A stretch of DNA of 64,000 nt, from positions 44,537 to 108,536 of the forward strand of contig JBBRNJ010000022.1 in NCBI GenBank assembly GCA_038230375.1. The letters are read 5' to 3'. Shown here piece by piece: positions 59,908-64,000 of the stretch. The position numbers were made by a program, and so were the translations under genes. Origin of the DNA: Polyangiales bacterium (GTDB taxonomy: Bacteria > Myxococcota_A > Polyangia > Polyangiales > Polyangiaceae). Under the pieces are notes generated by a model that was not told the DNA's origin, searched no databases, and was given only the letters and a program-made list of their open reading frames with translations. How positions within the stretch are numbered: position 1 is the first letter of the stretch; each line of letters opens with the position of its first letter.

Positions 59908-60663
59908 CTACACGCGGGAGATGGCATCCACCAGGTCGATGTTGGAGAGTACGCCCACGAGCTGCCGGTGCTCCACGCAGAGGATGCGGCGCACGTTCAT
60001 GGCGATGGCGTAGCCAGCGGCGCGAAAGAGCGGTGTCGACGACTCGAGGAAGATTGTCTCGTAGCTCATCACCTCTTCGACGGGATTGTCGCGGAGCTTG
60101 CGCGGGAGCGACCGCGCCGCGAGGGCCTCCGCCTGCGTGAACACACCGACGGCGCGCGAACCATCCATCACCACGAGCCCATGGACGCGCGCCAGGGCGA
60201 TGCGCTCGACCGCCAGCTCGATCGAGTCTCCGATGTCCACAGTCACCACCGGCTTCGACATGAAGGACGAAATCGGCGCGGCCACGCGCAAACGCTTCGC
60301 TTCGACGAGGATGTCGCGGGTCGACAGGATGCCCACCGGCCGATCCCCCTCCACGACGACCAGGCGATGCACGCGGCCGCTCGCCATGCGCCGTCCAGCC
60401 TCCTCGACCGGCGCATCTGGAGTCGTGGTGAGCACCGGCGACTTCATCACGTCCCGCACGAAGAGCAGGCGATCATTGTTCAAGTTCATGGCCACGAGGG
60501 GCACGAGATCGGTCGTGGAAACAATCCCAACGAGCCTCCCCTCCTCCACGATGGGCACCGCAGAAATCGCGTGCGACTCGAGTAGGTCCAGAACGCGGCG
60601 CACCGCGGTGGCGGGGGAGGCGGAGACAACGGGAGCAGTCATGAGCGCGGATACGACAGTCAT
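59908..60663 (-). CDS. Tandem four-CBS domain protein
   Basis: ISAVPIV...LVGIVSTTDL; VHRLVVV...VGILSTRDI; two further repeats. Confidence 0.9.
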   Translation of the reverse strand: MTVVSALMTAPVVSASPATAVRRVLDLLESHAISAVPIVEEGRLVGIVSTTDLVPLVAMNLNNDRLLFVRDVMKSPVLTTTPDAPVEEAGRRMASGRVHRLVVVEGDRPVGILSTRDILVEAKRLRVAAPISSFMSKPVVTVDIGDSIELAVERIALARVHGLVVMDGSRAVGVFTQAEALAARSLPRKLRDNPVEEVMSYETIFLESSTPLFRAAGYAIAMNVRRILCVEHRQLVGVLSNIDLVDAISRV

Positions 60664-60674
60664 GTCGCCCCACA

Positions 60675-60690
60675 CGCAATTGCCGATCCA
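60675..60690 (-). promoter_or_regulatory. Sigma54-type -24/-12 promoter
   Basis: Minus strand TGGATCGGCAATTGCG (GG-N10-GC); the -12 C is 13 nt before ATG 60663. Confidence 0.55.
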
Positions 60691-60854
60691 CCGTGAACGT
60701 TGCCCTAACACCAAGACCACGCATTGCTGGCGATCGCGGGCCTCGCGTTCCTTCCAAGCCGAAATGGTCCTGACTGCGCCCCGCCGCGCTTGTCACGCTG
60801 CCGCAGCTCGAAAGCAAGGTCGTTGTGAACAGGATCGCTGCACTGGACACGGCG

Positions 60855-62606
60855 TTAAGCCACCGCGGGCACCGACCCCACGGCCTCGCGTCTCTCGCTC
60901 CTGCGCTCGTTCTTCACGCGAATCTCCGTGTGCCGATGATCCTTGAGGTGCGTGGTGAGCGAGGAAAGCAGGCGTACGGTCGAATCGAGCGAGAGCCCAT
61001 CGGGCACCAAGCGCTGCACGCGCTCGCCGGGGCGGCGGCCCGGAAGAAATGCAGCGTTGCGCTGCTGGAGCTTCGCGTGCGCATGCGTTCCCTCCATGAC
61101 GCGGACCCACACCTCGGGCAGTGCTGACACACCGGTGAGGTGCGGATACTTCGCGATCGCGACCTCGATCGCCAGGAGGCCGGGCATCGGCTCCGTGGGC
61201 TCCACACCCAGGCGAAGCTCGTCGGGAGTGTCCCTGCCTTCGGGGATCCGTCCGCTGAGGCTCGGCGTGAGGCCGTATGCCGGGATGCGCGCGGCGACCC
61301 TTGCGAGCAGCTCCTCTGCTTGCACGTCGAACGGGTCTGCGCGGAACGCGGCGGAGAGGAGCATGGGCATGGGCACGAGCGCCGTGAGCGGCACGGTGAG
61401 CGCGAGGCCACCGGCGACGCGCTCCGCAGCCGCGTATCCGAGCGCAACGACCGCGAGGTACACGCCCAGCAGCATGCGCGAGCCGCGGACGGAGCGCGCG
61501 CGGCTCTGCGGCCCATACGGGAGCGTGACCCACTTGCCCGGCCCGCGCGCCTTGGACGCTGTACGGACGGTGCGCTCCGACAGGAGGAGCGTCGCAAGCG
61601 CGAAGAGGCATGTCCCCGCGGCCGGTTGTTCGAAGCACGCGAGCAGCGCGCCGCCCAGCACGAAGAGCGGCGCGACGTAGAGGCGCACGAACGCTGGAAC
61701 CGGGATGAGCGGTCTCGTGTGCTCACCGCAGGTCCGCTCGCGACGATTCGCAAGCACGCCAACGAAGAGCGCGCACGCCGCGGCCGCCGCGAACAGCGCG
61801 AGCTTCACGGGGCTGCGGTCCTCGCCACCCTTCACGGGAGGAGGCGGCGGCGGGCGGAGCTCTGGCGAGGTTGCCTTCGGGAGCGCGCGCGGATCGACCT
61901 TGATTTCCCAGGTGACGGCCTCCGACTTGCCGATGTGCGCGCGCGTCAGCGTGAGGCGGTCGATGGTGGGGAGGCGCTCGAGATTCGTGACGACCGTCGA
62001 GCCGAGCTCAGCAAGGTGCGGCTCGGTGGGCGCGGCGGGAAGCTCGAAGACGAACCGTGAAGCATCGTGCCCCTCGGGCGTGGGCGAGCTCTTGAAGGCA
62101 AGCCGGAAGAGGCTCTTGTCGCGCGAGAGGCGATGCGTGCCCACGAGATCGATCGCGTAGCGGATGGTCACGCGATAGGAGCCGCGACGGAGTCCCTTCT
62201 CGGGCTGGTCGACGACCACGCGCATGGGCTCTTCGGGAAGGTCGGTGGCCTTTGCGTCCATGGCCGGCGCAAAGTCGACCCCCTTCTGCGTTGCGATCGT
62301 CTGCCCCACCTCGACGTGACCACCAAGCGAGTCGCCGGCCTCCGTCGTGAGGTCCATGGTGGGCGCGGGCACGATGCCGCGATCGATCGTGCCGAGATCG
62401 AGCGAGCGAATCGGCCCCGCCACGACGCGTACCTTCACGAGCCGCTCGACCTGCGCGGTGCCGTCCTCGGCGACGGTGAGCTTCATGTCGGAGCTCGTCT
62501 CGTGCCACTCGAGCCACTTGCCCTCTGCACGTGCAGAGGCCGGCGCGAGCAAGGCACCAATGGAGAGAACAATCGCGACGACGAACGGCCGAGACCACGA
62601 GGGCAT
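60855..62606 (-). CDS. Membrane protein with exported N-terminal beta domain (DUF2207-like)
   Basis: Signal peptide ASARA; DMKLTVAEDGTAQVE; about 5 TM helices; cytoplasmic C-terminus. Confidence 0.6.
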   Translation of the reverse strand: MPSWSRPFVVAIVLSIGALLAPASARAEGKWLEWHETSSDMKLTVAEDGTAQVERLVKVRVVAGPIRSLDLGTIDRGIVPAPTMDLTTEAGDSLGGHVEVGQTIATQKGVDFAPAMDAKATDLPEEPMRVVVDQPEKGLRRGSYRVTIRYAIDLVGTHRLSRDKSLFRLAFKSSPTPEGHDASRFVFELPAAPTEPHLAELGSTVVTNLERLPTIDRLTLTRAHIGKSEAVTWEIKVDPRALPKATSPELRPPPPPPVKGGEDRSPVKLALFAAAAACALFVGVLANRRERTCGEHTRPLIPVPAFVRLYVAPLFVLGGALLACFEQPAAGTCLFALATLLLSERTVRTASKARGPGKWVTLPYGPQSRARSVRGSRMLLGVYLAVVALGYAAAERVAGGLALTVPLTALVPMPMLLSAAFRADPFDVQAEELLARVAARIPAYGLTPSLSGRIPEGRDTPDELRLGVEPTEPMPGLLAIEVAIAKYPHLTGVSALPEVWVRVMEGTHAHAKLQQRNAAFLPGRRPGERVQRLVPDGLSLDSTVRLLSSLTTHLKDHRHTEIRVKNERRSERREAVGSVPAVA

Positions 62607-62765
62607 CGTCTCATCTGGTTAACGAAGTCGGACGGCGAAGGCCAAGAAACCCGCGATAATTTGTCATGCGGGCGCACGAACGGGTCGCATCGCGATGCAT
62701 CGCCGCGCCATGCTGGTCACGTATTTCTGCGCAGGCGGCGAGGATTTCGCTCCGATTGCGAAACG

Positions 62766-63767
62766 TCAGTTGAGCGGGTAGACGATGAAGCTCGGGCGCG
62801 TCGTGCGCGTGGGGTTCTGACCCAGCGACATGACCGTGGCATTCAGATCCACGAGGTCGGCGGTGGTGAGCTGCAGGGCGTGCTCGCTTGCGTGGACGGT
62901 CGCGCCCATCGCGTAGTCTGGCCCAGACGCGGGGAGCTCGATGTGACCACCCAGGACCCAGGTGACGGGATGCGAGGTCACGAAGCCGGCGAGCCGCGCG
63001 ACGCTCGCCTGATAGCTGGGCCAGTCGTTGATGTAGAGCCTCCCTGGATAGAGCGTGTCGCCCGTGAAGAGTACGCGCGAGCGGCGATCGTAGAAGGCGA
63101 CGTGCGCGGCCTCGTGGCCCGGGATCGGGAGCACGTCGAGCACGCGATCGCCGAGATCGTAGGTCGACGCGTTGGTACCAGTGACCCCGAAGAACTGATA
63201 TGCGGCCGCGGGCGAGTGGCCGACGATCGTCGTGCGGGCTGCCTGCGAGAACGCGCTGTCGCCGTTCACGTGATCGCCGTGCGCGTGCGAGTGCGCGACA
63301 ACGACATCCACCGTCACGCCAAGCCCCTGCAGGATCTTGGTCACGGCGGCCTGGAAGTTCACGTGTCCGGTGCCCGCATCGATCAACATCGCCTTCTGCG
63401 TTCCGACGAGCAGGTACACGAACGGCCCCTCGAAATTCTTGCAGAGCGACTCGCGAAGGATGAACGTGCGGTCGTCGTACTGCCACGTCTGGATGTCAGG
63501 GTCCGAGCCGCACGCGGCGCCGTCGATCCAGTGCGCGGGAAATCCATTGGAGGGCGGCGGACCGTCAGGCGCGGCTCCAGCATCGGCCTGCGCGGTGGGC
63601 CCGGAAGCCGGAGTGCCGGAGTCAGTCATCGTCGCAGGCGCCGCGGCTCCACCAGGTGCACCGCCTTGCGTCCCGCGCGCAGCGGGAAGCGGAGCGGGGT
63701 CGGAGCCACAAGCAACCAGCGCGGCCACCGCGAACGTCGCAATCGAAAGAGCTCCCCGCGCCTGCAT
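62766..63767 (-). CDS. Metallo-beta-lactamase-fold hydrolase lipoprotein
   Basis: Lipobox LVAC; LIDAG, HSHAHGDH, PGH, TGDTLY, GGH. Start 63767 or 63803. Confidence 0.88.
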   Translation of the reverse strand: MQARGALSIATFAVAALVACGSDPAPLPAARGTQGGAPGGAAAPATMTDSGTPASGPTAQADAGAAPDGPPPSNGFPAHWIDGAACGSDPDIQTWQYDDRTFILRESLCKNFEGPFVYLLVGTQKAMLIDAGTGHVNFQAAVTKILQGLGVTVDVVVAHSHAHGDHVNGDSAFSQAARTTIVGHSPAAAYQFFGVTGTNASTYDLGDRVLDVLPIPGHEAAHVAFYDRRSRVLFTGDTLYPGRLYINDWPSYQASVARLAGFVTSHPVTWVLGGHIELPASGPDYAMGATVHASEHALQLTTADLVDLNATVMSLGQNPTRTTRPSFIVYPLN

Positions 63768-64000
63768 ACCCGGAGTCTGCGTGGCCACAGCGAGCGATGC
63801 CATCGCGAAAGCAACCCGAGACGCATCCGATCGCCTTCGCGACCGTACCCAGGTAAAAATCCCGCACAGCCCGCCTTCCGCACGGTGCTCAGCGCGCGGG
63901 AGGGGGATGCGGTGCCCGGCGCCGGTGGGAGCTATCCCCCTGCCGAGCGGCGGCGTTCTCGCGCGCTCATCCAGCACCCCAACCCAACCGCCCACCCCAA

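Noticed and set aside
57736..60585. 949-aa plus-strand ORF and similar long antisense ORFs (46216-47787, 6702-8414, 30268-31674)
   Set aside because: Antisense shadows of well-supported genes in GC-rich DNA, with no motifs
62640..62765. Several short hairpins between the DUF2207-like and MBL genes
   Set aside because: Stems of 5-6 bp are expected by chance; no recognisable riboswitch or ncRNA motif

Overview
This is a high-GC chromosomal window, most likely from a myxobacterium (Myxococcota, Polyangiaceae-like). That assignment is inferred from a TIGR02266/PilZ protein, an eukaryote-like Ser/Thr kinase, a PEGA-type protein and many Cys-rich lipoproteins. It holds about 55 genes. Housekeeping genes (class I fumarase, nadA, pyk, lysA, alr, mlaE, RpoH-family sigma factor, rsmI, dnaJ, ABC exporters, ABC-F) alternate with accessory stretches of lipoproteins and membrane proteins. 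I saw no rRNA, tRNA, CRISPR array or intact transposase. The most notable signals are: (1) TANNNT boxes 6-7 nt before at least 12 start codons, plus sigma54-type boxes whose predicted +1 falls on the ATG, suggesting widespread leaderless mRNAs; (2) a dispersed GAC(C/T)TC hexamer repeat used both as Thr-Ser coding linkers and directly after stop codons, twice in inverted arrangement with a coding repeat; (3) a FecR-type anti-sigma gene with an apparent nested SD-ATG-signal-peptide start; (4) an apparent ExbB/ExbD-like single-chain fusion; (5) an orphan T3SS-type ATPase; (6) a multiply deleted M16 peptidase pseudogene; (7) a 48-aa membrane sORF upstream of the RpoH-like sigma factor. All family assignments come from motif recognition by eye, not database searches.
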